NCBI GenBank assembly: GCA_938021675.1
Contig: CALIFY010000010.1
Location: forward strand, 8,749 to 72,748
Length of the DNA: 64,000 bases
Source of the DNA: an uncultured Acidimicrobiales bacterium
Lineage (GTDB): Bacteria > Actinomycetota > Acidimicrobiia > Acidimicrobiales > SZUA-35
Reading direction: 5' to 3'
A program made the translations under genes and the position numbers. The notes under the pieces are model-generated. The model made no database searches. It was not told where the DNA came from and was given only the letters and a program-made list of their open reading frames with translations. Of this stretch, positions 1 to 9,126 are shown in pieces. Each line of letters starts with the position of its first letter. Positions within the stretch are counted from its first letter, which is position 1.

Positions 1-1102
1 AGACTATGTCGACTTGTTCGAAGCCGGAGATCTCCGATAGCGCACCGCGTACGATCGTTTCCATGGCCAACGGGGAGTCGAGCATTCGGGCCGACCGGCA
101 ACCGGCGATTGCGGTGATCGTCTCGCTGTGTCTCCGCATTTGGGTTACGGCGCTGTCGACGTCGAACAATCGGCCGAGACGGATCGGGTCTTCTTCGTGG
201 CGTTCGAGTGAGGTGAGTCGGGAGAGGGCGGTCGCCGCCAGTTCCCGATTGCGGTCGCCAAGGTCAGCCAACAAGTGGTCGGTTCCTCGGCGTACCTGAG
301 CGAGGTCATGGGTTGCGGTTCGCAGGTCGTCGATGGCGGCCGCCAGTTCGCCAGCCGGTCCGGTTCGCCCCGCAGCCAACGGCTCAATCGCCGGTGGCTC
401 GTCGATGATATGGCCGTGCCGCACCCGTTCGATCAACGGGGCGATCTCGGTGTCGGCCAGGGGACGGACGGCTTCGGCAAGTTCCTCTATCGGCTTTGCC
501 GCCGCGCCGGCAACGGATTTGGTTACCGATCTTGTCACCGATGTCGTCACCGATTCGGTGACCGTGCTGGTGATCGAACGATTCATCTGAACGGTGGCTA
601 CGACGACCCCTCCGATGCCAGTGGCGATCAGGATCGTCGATAGAATTCGGAACGGGGTCCGACTATTTGTTCCATCGGTCGTTGTGCTGAGCTCATCGAG
701 TTGTCTTGCCGCCTCGGTGTAGCTGACCACATTCAACGTCTCTCGTGCTTGTTCCACCTCGGCGATGACGTCGGCGAGCGACGCGGCGCCGCCTTGTTTC
801 ACCGAGAGACGAGTCCGGAGCGCGGTGAGGGTTCGGTCGGTCTCGATTCGTAGTTCGTCGACCATCACCGGCGCTCCGGCGACGGCGGCGACCCGCTCTT
901 CGGCCAAGGCCAAACGGGCCGCGGTTACCAGCTCGGGTGTCGATCCGGGCTCTTGATTGTCGGCGTCGACATCCGTTCCCTGATTGACAAAGCCGAGTAG
1001 CCCACCGGCGGCGATGGCCAGCAGAGCGAACACCAGAAATGGAAGTATCGTCGATCGGGTGCGCACGGCGGCTGCTTTCTTTTCGGTCTGGGGCGGTGGC
1101 AC
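1..1102 (-). CDS. Sensor histidine kinase-like protein, N-terminal ~367 codons (2 TM helices, HAMP-like linker, region preceding the ATPase domain); C-terminus lies left of the window
   Basis: Absent from the ORF track because no stop lies inside the window. My reverse-strand translation is open from an in-frame TAG at 1208-1210 down to position 1. Candidate starts are GTG 1102, TTG 1168 and TTG 1186. It reads ...RTRSTILPFLVFALLAIAAGGLLGF...FRILSTILIATGIGGVVVATV...GELAAAIDDLRTATHDL...LGDRNRELAATALSRLTSLERHEEDPIRLGRLFDVDSAVTQMRRHSETITAIAG...AMETIVRGALSEISGFEQV. This matches the pattern I recognise from actinobacterial nitrate/nitrite-sensing-type (CvnA-like) kinases. Confidence 0.6.
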   Translation of the reverse strand, partial: MPPPQTEKKAAAVRTRSTILPFLVFALLAIAAGGLLGFVNQGTDVDADNQEPGSTPELVTAARLALAEERVAAVAGAPVMVDELRIETDRTLTALRTRLSVKQGGAASLADVIAEVEQARETLNVVSYTEAARQLDELSTTTDGTNSRTPFRILSTILIATGIGGVVVATVQMNRSITSTVTESVTTSVTRSVTKSVAGAAAKPIEELAEAVRPLADTEIAPLIERVRHGHIIDEPPAIEPLAAGRTGPAGELAAAIDDLRTATHDLAQVRRGTDHLLADLGDRNRELAATALSRLTSLERHEEDPIRLGRLFDVDSAVTQMRRHSETITAIAGCRSARMLDSPLAMETIVRGALSEISGFEQVDIV

Positions 1103-1266
1103 AAACCCGCCTGTACGTTCATCGTCGGCCGATCGTTCCGACGATTGAACGATTCGGCAACCAATCAAACTTCGCCGTGTAACCAAGTTGCGTACAATGC
1201 GGAGCGTCTACTGAAGATTGCAGTCTGAGGCGGACCGATGGATCTCGGTTCGAGCTGACCAAGCGG

Positions 1267-1800
1267 TCAACCGAGCCGGATGACGGAGTAGCCGTCCAGG
1301 TTGGTCAACCGGTCGGAGAGAGGTTCGGGTGGAAGGTCTTTGCCGTAGGTGTCTCGTCGGACCTCCCCGATCCAGCGGTCATGCTGGTACTCGTGGTTGA
1401 TGACCGCGACCAATAGCGTGGCCCCGATGACCCGCAGTTGGGCAGGGGCGCCGACGGCACCGTCATCGATGACGCCGATGCGGAAGCGTACTCGTTCCGC
1501 CACCTCTTGTCGGTAGTCGTGTAGCCGGGTTCGCTCTGGGAGTACACCACGCTTGGCCTCTGGGGTTGCCGAGTCCATGAGCCGGTCCAACTCGTCATCG
1601 ATCGGTGGTTCTGCCGCGGTCAAGTTGCGAACCAGGTAGTGGGCGACCGCCGGTTGGTGCCCCAAGTGCCAGCCGATAGCCGACGAGTGTTCGTCTGGAC
1701 GCCATCGAACTTCGTCTTCGGTCAGGTCGTCGGTGAGTTCTGTGGTGTACGCGAGCGCTCGGTCGTACTCGACGATGAGTTCGGAAAGTGTTGGGGTCAC
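1267..1800 (-). CDS. DinB-family (DinB_2-like) metal-binding protein
   Basis: 177-aa ORF with spaced His ligands (WHLGHQPAVAHY ... INHEYQHDRW) and a four-helix DinB-like layout. Its start overlaps the stop of the upstream oxidase by 4 nt (1797-1800). Confidence 0.7.
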   Translation of the reverse strand: MTPTLSELIVEYDRALAYTTELTDDLTEDEVRWRPDEHSSAIGWHLGHQPAVAHYLVRNLTAAEPPIDDELDRLMDSATPEAKRGVLPERTRLHDYRQEVAERVRFRIGVIDDGAVGAPAQLRVIGATLLVAVINHEYQHDRWIGEVRRDTYGKDLPPEPLSDRLTNLDGYSVIRLG

Positions 1801-2900
1801 CGTGTGCCTTTTCCTGTGTGGGCGATCGGGGTTGTTGTCTTGCCGGTGCCGGCGAGGATCGAGTCGGCGGCACGCATTCCGGCGACGATTGCCCCCTCGA
1901 TATGCCCGGGGTTGATGGTCGATGTTTCCGTCGACGCCCAGTGGAGTCGACCGTCGAGTGCCGGGACCTGGTAGTCCTCGTGGCCATAGGTTTGGTACGC
2001 GTTGAGCTGCTCGACGCCCGATGGGGAGGTGTCGGGCTCGTGGCGCCAGTCGGTGATGATGACCTCGATCGGTCGGGGCGAGTTTGGGCCGAAGAGCTGG
2101 GCAAGTTGGATCCGAATGTCGTCAGCGGTTGGGGTTGGGGCGCCTGCGGCCGGCGACGCGAAGCCGAAGATGGCGGCCGGCTGGCCCGACTCGCCGCTCA
2201 TGTCGTGAAGTTCTCGCATCGGCCCGTAGTGGCTGATGGCTGAGCCGGAAAGTCCCTCCTCCCGCCAGAAGGGTTCGTCGTAGACGGCGACGACTTTGGT
2301 CATGTTGCCCATCCACACCGGCGTGACTCGAGCGAGCCCGTTGATGCGGGCTGGAAGGGGAGGGTTGATGGCGATACGGGACACGGCCAGCGCCGGGGGA
2401 ACGGCCAGTACGACGTCGGCGGCGGTAGTGGTGCCGGTGGTGTGATGGACGTGGAGCGATTGGTCTCGTTGTTCGATCGCTGTTACCGGATCATCGAACG
2501 ACACGGTGCCGGTTGGTAACCGGTTGGCGATAGCCCGAGCCAGTGACTGCGCACCATCGGCAAAGCGGTTGGATGGAACATCGAGCGGGTTCCCGTCGAT
2601 CCGTTTCGACCCCCCGGGTTCGTGGTACATCGCATCGCCCGCCAGGTGTTGCTGGTGGGTGCGAAGGTCAAACTCTTTGACCAACGCCGCCACTCGGGGC
2701 TCGCCTGGCCAGAACCATGTGGCCCCGAAGTCGAGTGCTCCGCCAGCGACGTCGGCCGATCGAAGCCGACCGCCGACTTCGTTCCGGCTCTCTAGCACGG
2801 TTACTCGTCGACCGTTGTCGATGAGGGTTCGTGCGGCGGTTAGTCCGCCGATGCCGGCACCGATCACTACGGCGTCGAAGGCATCTCGTTTCGTCGGCAT
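1797..2900 (-). CDS. FAD-dependent amine oxidase (flavin monoamine oxidase family)
   Basis: 367 aa. N-terminal dinucleotide fold DAVVIGAGIGGLTAARTL...VTVLESRNEVGGR. C-terminal amine-oxidase signature ...LHWASTETSTINPGHIEGAIVAG. Confidence 0.85.
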   Translation of the reverse strand: MPTKRDAFDAVVIGAGIGGLTAARTLIDNGRRVTVLESRNEVGGRLRSADVAGGALDFGATWFWPGEPRVAALVKEFDLRTHQQHLAGDAMYHEPGGSKRIDGNPLDVPSNRFADGAQSLARAIANRLPTGTVSFDDPVTAIEQRDQSLHVHHTTGTTTAADVVLAVPPALAVSRIAINPPLPARINGLARVTPVWMGNMTKVVAVYDEPFWREEGLSGSAISHYGPMRELHDMSGESGQPAAIFGFASPAAGAPTPTADDIRIQLAQLFGPNSPRPIEVIITDWRHEPDTSPSGVEQLNAYQTYGHEDYQVPALDGRLHWASTETSTINPGHIEGAIVAGMRAADSILAGTGKTTTPIAHTGKGTR

Positions 2901-2939
2901 TTCCCGAGTCTACCTAGGCATAGTCTAGATGTAAATAGA

Positions 2940-3695
2940 CTATGCACTCGGTGGCTGGTTTGGTGGGTTGATAACGACGACCGGCAGACCAAATGTCCGC
3001 TCGACCCGACTTGGGAGATCCATCTTGAGCCATCGAGACACCGAGCCGGGCAGCATCGAAATGATGATTTCGTCGAAGCTTGACCGTTCGAGCACGCGGC
3101 TAATGGCGGCCAATGGGTCTTGGTCGCCGACCTCGCTGGTAAGCACATCGCTGAAATCTGACAATCGATCGAGAAACGTTGCCAGCCGTTCCTCAGCGTT
3201 TTCGACGTCGCGTGCTCGGGCGACGGCGAGGTCCTCGGGGCTGACCATCGTGTAGCCAGACAAAGGGTCGGTGGCGCCGCTGATCAAGCGCTGGGTCTCT
3301 TTCGATCGGCTGGCAGGGACCAGCAAGTGGATTTCCGTCGGCCCGGCCGCAACCCGAGTCGCCACGTGCTCCGGCAGAATGTCACCGGCCAAGGTCTTGT
3401 TGGCCACGATCAAGCAGCGGTGGACGGTTACCGCGGGACGCCCGGTCACCGGGTTTGGCCGTACCCGGTCGATCTGTAACGCCAACTCAAGCTTGAGCCG
3501 GTACAGAACGACGGCACCATCGACGATCAGCGTGTCCATGTCGGTTACCGATGCTGCCCGCACGTCGGGGCTTGTTTTCACCGCCTCGGCAACGCCCCGT
3601 CTGGCCGCATCCTCCCAGGAGTGGGCCGAGGTGGCCACCAGCCGCACGACCCGAAATACCGGTTCAGATGCCGCCGCTGACTCGCTGATCCCCAC
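2940..3695 (-). CDS. Dodecin-domain fusion protein (N-terminal dodecin-like domain plus a ~170-aa C-terminal domain of unknown function)
   Basis: The track ORF is 2940..3779, but its first 28 codons overlap the upstream dodecin gene. GTG 3695 lies 4 nt after that gene's stop. The N-terminus VFRVVRLVATSAHSWEDAARRGVAEAVKT...LYRLKLELAL parallels the neighbouring dodecin. The C-terminal part reads HRCLIVANKTLAGD...IHLLVPASRS. Confidence 0.55.
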   Translation of the reverse strand: MGISESAAASEPVFRVVRLVATSAHSWEDAARRGVAEAVKTSPDVRAASVTDMDTLIVDGAVVLYRLKLELALQIDRVRPNPVTGRPAVTVHRCLIVANKTLAGDILPEHVATRVAAGPTEIHLLVPASRSKETQRLISGATDPLSGYTMVSPEDLAVARARDVENAEERLATFLDRLSDFSDVLTSEVGDQDPLAAISRVLERSSFDEIIISMLPGSVSRWLKMDLPSRVERTFGLPVVVINPPNQPPSA

Positions 3696-3699
3696 TGGC

Positions 3700-3915
3700 T
3701 CAGTCGCTCGAATCGTATTTGAACGACAGTCGAACCTTCGACCGGAACAGGGCGACCTGACCGTTGTCGATGATGACATCTTGTTCGATTACCCGGGCGA
3801 CGCGAAGATCCTGGAGGGTCTTGGCCGCCTCGCTCACCGCGTTGGCCGTCGCCTTTTCCCACGACTCGGCGCTCGTTCCGATGAGTTCGACGACGTTGTA
3901 GACGCTCTCCGACAT
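3700..3915 (-). CDS. Dodecin (small flavin-binding protein)
   Basis: 71 aa: MSESVYNVVELIGTSAESWEKATANAVSEAAKTLQDLRVARVIEQDV...FRSKVRLSFKY. This is the typical dodecin length and motif (VxEVIGTSxxSWExA). Confidence 0.8.
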   Translation of the reverse strand: MSESVYNVVELIGTSAESWEKATANAVSEAAKTLQDLRVARVIEQDVIIDNGQVALFRSKVRLSFKYDSSD

Positions 3916-3968
3916 AGGTGCATGGTAGTAGCCGATGCGGAGTTGCTCCAGGGTCGGCGACCTGGTGG

Positions 3969-4922
3969 CTACCCTTCCATCTGGGCGCGGAGTGCGGTCA
4001 TCCAGGCGTTGGCCTCGGACCAGGCGGTGGTCGCCTCATGGCGAGTCTGCGATGATCCAAGACCGGCCGCCGGGTAGCTGCCGAGAAACTTCACGTCGGC
4101 ATGCTTGGCCCGGATGGTGCGGAGGCAGTCGGCGATGAGTTCATCACCGATGTGGCCGTCGAGATCGATGATGAAGCAATAACTTCCCAGCCCGGTCTTG
4201 ACCGGTCGTGACGCCAGGTGGGACAGGTTGATACTCCTGGCGGCAAATTCCTCAAGAATGGTGACGAGTGAGCCGGGCTTGTCCTCCCGCTGGGTGAGCA
4301 CGACGGTCGACTTATCGTTGCCACTCGGTTTCGGCACGCCGGCCGGAGCTACCAGCACAAACCGGGTCTGGTTTCCCGGGTGGTCGGCTACGTCGCGGTC
4401 GAGCAGGTCCAACCCGTGAAGGGTGGCCGCTCGGGCCGGACCGATTGCCGCCGCACCGGGTTGTTGGGCCACGGTGACGGCGGCCTCGGAGTTCGAATTT
4501 GCCGACTTGATTTCAGCGTTGGGAAGTTCTTTATCGAGATACTTCCGACATTGGGCCATGGCCACCGGATGGGAGTACACGGACTTGATATCACCGATCG
4601 TCGAGCCGGCGGCCGCCATCAGGTCTAACTGAATGTCGAGAACGACTTCACGTTGAATCAGTAGCTCGTGGTCGAACGCCAGGGCATCGAGAGTTACGTT
4701 GACCGTGCCCTCTATGGCGTTCTCTATCGCCACAAACCCGACGTCTACCTCGCCGGCTGACACCGCATCGAGTACGTCGACAAACCGTGGGAGCGGTACC
4801 AGGTTGGAGGCGGCAAGGTCGGGCTGGCCGAGGAGTGCTTGCTCGGTAAAAGTACCGGCCGGACCGAGATACGCAATGCTGATGGTTGGCTCCGGGGGCG
4901 AGGATTCCACACCATGGAGCAT
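3969..4922 (-). CDS. pheA: Prephenate dehydratase
   Basis: ISIAYLGPAGTFTEQA, the NQTRFVLV (TRF) motif, and an ACT domain with GSLVTILEEFAARSINLSHLASRPVK (ESRP-like). The track ORF extends to 5201 but overlaps the divergent MBL gene. ATG 4922 (MLHGVESS...) gives a normal 317-aa protein. Confidence 0.9.
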   Translation of the reverse strand: MLHGVESSPPEPTISIAYLGPAGTFTEQALLGQPDLAASNLVPLPRFVDVLDAVSAGEVDVGFVAIENAIEGTVNVTLDALAFDHELLIQREVVLDIQLDLMAAAGSTIGDIKSVYSHPVAMAQCRKYLDKELPNAEIKSANSNSEAAVTVAQQPGAAAIGPARAATLHGLDLLDRDVADHPGNQTRFVLVAPAGVPKPSGNDKSTVVLTQREDKPGSLVTILEEFAARSINLSHLASRPVKTGLGSYCFIIDLDGHIGDELIADCLRTIRAKHADVKFLGSYPAAGLGSSQTRHEATTAWSEANAWMTALRAQMEG

Positions 4923-4973
4923 ACGAGAACATGGAACGGGGGCGTGGCGGCCAGATGGAACTAGGGTTTCTTT

Positions 4974-5687
4974 ATGGAAGATCGTCTCTATTTTCGCCAG
5001 TTGCTGAGCGGCCGAGATTTTGCCACCGGCAACCCGATCGCCGAGCAGATGGTCAACTTCGCGTACGCCATCGGCGACCGGACCACCGGTGAGGCGGTCA
5101 TCGTCGATCCTGCATACGATGTCGGCAGCCTCATCGAGGTGCTGGATGCTGACGGAATGACCCTGGCCGGGGTGCTCGCCACCCACTACCACGCCGACCA
5201 CATCGGCGGCGACATGATGGGGTACCAGATCGGTGGGATCGCCGATCTGCTAGAACAATCCGACGTGCCGATCCACATTCAGGCTCCAGAGGCCGAGTTT
5301 GTGACCAAGACGACGGGCCTCGGTGTCGATCAGTTGGTTACCCACGGCTCTGGCGACGTCGTGACCGTCGGTGAGGTCGATATTGAGCTGATCCACACGC
5401 CAGGACACACGCCTGGAAGTCAGTGTTTTCTCGTCGAGGGACGCCTTGTCTCCGGAGACACGCTATTCCTCGACGGTTGTGGTCGAACAGATCTCCCCGG
5501 GGGCGACGCCGAGCAGTTGTACTACTCGCTAACCGACCGGTTGGCCAAGGTCTCAGACGACGCCATTTTGTACCCCGGACATCTGTACTCGTCTGATGCG
5601 TTCCGTTCGATGGGAGAGACGAGAACCTCCAACGCGGTGTATCGGCCGTCGTCGGTCGATCAGTGGCTGATGATGTTTGGTCGCTGA
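4974..5687 (+). CDS. MBL-fold metallo-hydrolase (glyoxalase II-like)
   Basis: 237 aa with the motifs THYHADHIGG, HTPGHTPGS and GCGRTDLPGG. Confidence 0.85.
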   Translation: MEDRLYFRQLLSGRDFATGNPIAEQMVNFAYAIGDRTTGEAVIVDPAYDVGSLIEVLDADGMTLAGVLATHYHADHIGGDMMGYQIGGIADLLEQSDVPIHIQAPEAEFVTKTTGLGVDQLVTHGSGDVVTVGEVDIELIHTPGHTPGSQCFLVEGRLVSGDTLFLDGCGRTDLPGGDAEQLYYSLTDRLAKVSDDAILYPGHLYSSDAFRSMGETRTSNAVYRPSSVDQWLMMFGR

Positions 5688-5724
5688 TCGACCGACGATC
5701 TGTTCGGTGAGAACGTGACCCTGG

Positions 5725-6426
5725 TTAGAATCCCGCATCCTCAAGCGTGCCGGTCACCAGCGTCGTCTCGTCGTAGTGGCCGATGTAACAAGTTAGTCGG
5801 ACGTCGCCACTGAGCTGTTCGCTCGTGCCGGCCCAAAGGCCGAGCAGCGATTCGGCGTACTCCAACCCCGCGAACCGGTTGAACTCCTGTTCGCAGATGG
5901 TGTTCTCCGCATCGCCGGAATACACGCCATCGATCGCCTCCGCCGTAGCGACCAAGTCCTCCTGGCTTTCGTATTCGGAGACGAAATAGGACTCGACGGC
6001 ATGGGGTTCGGCGCAGTCGACGGTGTCGAGTCGGTCGGGGGCGTTGCCGCCGCTGAATTGTTCGAAGCTCGCGAAACACTGGCCGACCTGGACCGATTCA
6101 AAACTGGTGGTGCCTCGGGTGGCAAACCAGCCGATCAATGCCAACCCGAGGACCGCACCGACGATGAGGACCGCGACAACCAGTCCTCGGTTCTTCCCGC
6201 CCGGTGCGTTCACTGGGGTCACGCTGGGGGCTGGTCCCCCGGGTCCAGGTCCGCCTGGTGTTCCTTGATTGAGGAAGTGTGGCGGAACCGTCCCCGCCGG
6301 AGGGATGGGGCCGCCAGGTTGGATCGGATTCGGCCCACCGGGGTACGACGGGAATTGGGGGTTCGGTGGTGTCGGTGCACCTGGTTGAAATGGAGGCTGG
6401 CCGGCTCCTGGTGGGGTGTTGCTCAT
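5725..6426 (-). CDS. Pro-rich membrane-anchored protein with a septum-formation-like Cys-containing extracytoplasmic domain
   Basis: 233 aa. Pro/Gly-rich N-terminus, one TM helix (LVVAVLIVGAVLGLALIGWF), then GQCF...VDCAEPHAVESYF...CEQEFNRF...LTCYIG, the spacing I associate with the actinobacterial septum-formation domain. Confidence 0.6.
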   Translation of the reverse strand: MSNTPPGAGQPPFQPGAPTPPNPQFPSYPGGPNPIQPGGPIPPAGTVPPHFLNQGTPGGPGPGGPAPSVTPVNAPGGKNRGLVVAVLIVGAVLGLALIGWFATRGTTSFESVQVGQCFASFEQFSGGNAPDRLDTVDCAEPHAVESYFVSEYESQEDLVATAEAIDGVYSGDAENTICEQEFNRFAGLEYAESLLGLWAGTSEQLSGDVRLTCYIGHYDETTLVTGTLEDAGF

Positions 6427-6717
6427 TTGTACTCCGCGCTCCTTGTGAAGTTACTCCTGTCACTGGATCAGAATCGAACGTGTGACGAGGAGTCGGTAGA
6501 TTCTCGGCGACTGTCGGCGCGGTATTGAACGCGTTTGCTCCCAGACCGGACAAAAACGTCCGTCCATCTGGCGCGTGTCATCAACTCTCCCGCACTCTCT
6601 AGCCGTCACCAAACCGCTCAGACCGATACCTGATCTCAGGTCAGACACCGGAAAACGAGGTCACCACACCCGATGTGGACGCTAGCAGCCGTTCGTCCGC
6701 TGCCGCTAGCGGTCGAC

Positions 6718-6747
6718 GCGTTGTATTGGGTCGCGTTGTATTGGGTC
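6718..6747. repeat. Exact 2 x 15-bp tandem duplication GCGTTGTATTGGGTC
   Basis: Read directly: 6718-6732 is identical to 6733-6747. It lies 91 bp upstream of ATG 6838, inside a 411-bp divergent intergenic region. Confidence 0.9.
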
Positions 6748-6837
6748 TTGGTGGCCAGTTTGGTTGGCGGTGGCGAGGAGTTCTGACTTCCAACGCCGGA
6801 TGCTTAAGTTCGAGCGACCCAGGCCGAAAGGCCCATC

Positions 6838-7155
6838 ATGCAGGTGCACACCAGGTCTAAGAACATCGATCTCACCGTCGACGACAATCGGCGACTGGAA
6901 GCAGAGGTCGCGCAACTGAGGGTAGAACTCACCGCTGAACGGTCCGAGTGTCACGAACTCCAATGCCGGTTGGAAGCTGCTGCGGCGATGGCTCGGGTGG
7001 CCGCCGACGCAGCGCTCGGGGCATCGTCGGAGCGTGACGTGTCGGCTACGAAGTACGTCTTTGAGGATGACGACGCCGTCGGCGCTGCGTTTGACGAGTT
7101 CTTCGCCGCGCCCGATCCCGACCTCGCACGGATCCGTGGGTTCTTGCTCGACTAG
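6838..7155 (+). CDS. Small coiled-coil protein, function unknown
   Basis: 105 aa. SD-like GAAAGG precedes the ATG. Heptad-like LEAEVAQLRVELTAERSECHELQCRLE, and an acidic tail FDEFFAAPDPDLARIRGFLLD. GC3-rich frame. Confidence 0.5.
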   Translation: MQVHTRSKNIDLTVDDNRRLEAEVAQLRVELTAERSECHELQCRLEAAAAMARVAADAALGASSERDVSATKYVFEDDDAVGAAFDEFFAAPDPDLARIRGFLLD

Positions 7156-7299
7156 GCCGATCAGCGATGCTTCCAACGCCTCGTGGGCTTGTCATGGCTA
7201 ACGATCGTGATGGCTGACGATCATGATGGTCGACACTGTCTTCATGGTTCTTCGTCGAGCGCGCCCCGTTGTCCGTTGGGCGTGCGAGACTGGGATCCA

Positions 7300-7878
7300 A
7301 TGATCCGACGCTCGATCTTCCGTCTAGTAGTGCTGTCGGTATCTTTGGCCATCGTTATCGGCACTGGCTCGCCGGCAGCGTCGGCGGAGTCACCCGATGA
7401 GGTTGCCGAGGTTGCTGCCGACGATGGAGTGTTCATCGGTGTCGGTCGCGGAAACGACGTCGACGAGGACGCGCTCATTCGAGCTGTCGAGGACGCCCGA
7501 TCGGCTGGACTCGAACTGGTGGCCGTCGTCCCCGCCGATCCGCAGCCAACCGCTTCGGCCTTCGCTCGCCGTGTTCAGGAGGCGATGGAGGTCGACGCAG
7601 CGTTGGTGTTCCCACCCGACGGTCGATTGGAGACGTTCGCCATCGATGATTTGTCCGCGGCCCGAGCCCGCGCCACCGCCCGGGCCAGGGACGTCTCCGA
7701 ACCGGCTCAGGCTGTCGAGGCATTTGCCGCCGAGCTGAACTCTGACGGTGGCACAGAACGGGCTCCAATCGTTGGACGGATCATCGCCGCGCTTCTCGTC
7801 TTTTTGCTGATCGTTGGCGGCGTCGTCGCCGTTGAACAGAAGATCAAGCGGAAGCGAGCGCCGGCGGAAACGAGCTAA
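7300..7878 (+). CDS. Secreted, C-terminally membrane-anchored hypothetical protein
   Basis: ATG 7300 gives a signal peptide MIRRSIFRLVVLSVSLAIVIGTGSPAASA. C-terminal TM helix IIAALLVFLLIVGGVVAV followed by KIKRKR. The track start 7183 adds an implausible leader. Confidence 0.55.
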   Translation: MIRRSIFRLVVLSVSLAIVIGTGSPAASAESPDEVAEVAADDGVFIGVGRGNDVDEDALIRAVEDARSAGLELVAVVPADPQPTASAFARRVQEAMEVDAALVFPPDGRLETFAIDDLSAARARATARARDVSEPAQAVEAFAAELNSDGGTERAPIVGRIIAALLVFLLIVGGVVAVEQKIKRKRAPAETS

Positions 7879-7923
7879 AAAAGGCTCGATGAAATCGGTC
7901 GAATCGCTGGCAGACTGCTGGCC

Positions 7924-9126
7924 ATGGCTGACACGACCACCGACGATAGCGAGGACCGGGGCGCCGCTAAGGTGCCAAAATCGAGGAGCGTGGCCTTAGC
8001 CGACGAGACCGCTGACGAGCTTCCAGCGCTGCTGGCCATCGCACTTGGCGTGGCCGTGATCGCCATCGCCATCGTGTGGCCGTCGATCGCCAATCAGGAC
8101 GCATCTCTCGATGCTTCGTCCGGGGCCTCGGCGCAGGTCGCGGCCGACGTAGACGATACCGATGTGGATGATGAGGTCGCCGACCCCGCCGGAGTTGAAG
8201 ACCAGCCGGGAGACGAGGTCGATGGTGGTGCGGCGGAATCCGATGAAACGGCGGCAGCACCCGACATCGAGCAACTGACGCAGGCCATCGCCGCCGGTCT
8301 TCCCCCCGGTGCCGCCGAGGAGCTGAGTCTGGAGGCCGACGGTGGCACGGTGACGGTCACCGGTGTGGTGGCGGACGAGACTATCGGGTCAGCCATCATC
8401 CAGTTCGTTTCGGTGCAGCCCGGTGTTACATCGGTCGTCGATCAGCTCACCGTGGCCGAACCGGCAGAGGTCCCAGAGTCCGGCCAGTCTGATGTCACCG
8501 TGACCGCATCCCAGGTCAGCGTGGTATTGAGCGGCGTCGTCGCTGATGAGGCGACAGCGCAAGCGCTGGTCGACAAGGCGAGCGAGGTCTACTCTGTCGA
8601 TCAGATCGACAACCAGCTCACCGTCGATGAGGCGGCGACCGTGCCGGCCGGAATTCGCATCGATGGCGCCATGACCGACGAGGTGCTGTACGACCAAGTG
8701 CTCGGTGCCTTCGATGGTGTTGCCGGCACCGAGGTGGTCGAGCGAACCATTCAACTTGAGGAGTCCGGGGATCTGGAGTCCACGTTGAACTCCTTAGCGC
8801 CGATCGAGTTCGCGTCCGGAAGCGCCATCGTTCAACCGGAGTCCGAAGCGATCCTCGATGAGGCTGCCGATGCATTGATCGCAAGCCCCGACGTCGTCGT
8901 CGAGATCGGTGGCCATACCGATTCGATCGGGCCAAGCGAGGGAAATGACACGCTAAGCACGGCGAGGGCCCAAGCTGTGCTCGACGCTCTCGTCACTCGT
9001 GGGGTAACCAACGAGATGACCGCGGTTGGCTTCGGCGAGAGCCGGCTCAAGGTCGATCCAGACGTGTCCGACCTGGCGGCTCAGCAGACGAACCGCCGTA
9101 TCGAGTATCGGATAGTTAGCGGCTGA
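7924..9126 (+). CDS. OmpA-family peptidoglycan-binding protein with N-terminal TM helix and BON-like repeats (ArfA/OmpATb-like architecture)
   Basis: 400 aa. TM helix LLAIALGVAVIAIAIVW. Acidic linker. BON-like VTVTGVVADETIGSAIIQFVSVQPGVTSVVDQLTV and VVLSGVVADEATAQALVDKA. OmpA_C domain IEFASGSAIV...IGGHTDSIGPSEGNDTLSTARAQAV...NRRIEYRIV. Confidence 0.8.
   Translation: MADTTTDDSEDRGAAKVPKSRSVALADETADELPALLAIALGVAVIAIAIVWPSIANQDASLDASSGASAQVAADVDDTDVDDEVADPAGVEDQPGDEVDGGAAESDETAAAPDIEQLTQAIAAGLPPGAAEELSLEADGGTVTVTGVVADETIGSAIIQFVSVQPGVTSVVDQLTVAEPAEVPESGQSDVTVTASQVSVVLSGVVADEATAQALVDKASEVYSVDQIDNQLTVDEAATVPAGIRIDGAMTDEVLYDQVLGAFDGVAGTEVVERTIQLEESGDLESTLNSLAPIEFASGSAIVQPESEAILDEAADALIASPDVVVEIGGHTDSIGPSEGNDTLSTARAQAVLDALVTRGVTNEMTAVGFGESRLKVDPDVSDLAAQQTNRRIEYRIVSG

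Noticed and set aside
4923-5201. N-terminal 93-codon extension of the pheA ORF.
   Set aside because: The extension overlaps the divergent MBL hydrolase gene by more than 200 nt and has no similarity to PheA. ATG 4922 gives the canonical ISIAYLGPAGTF N-terminus.
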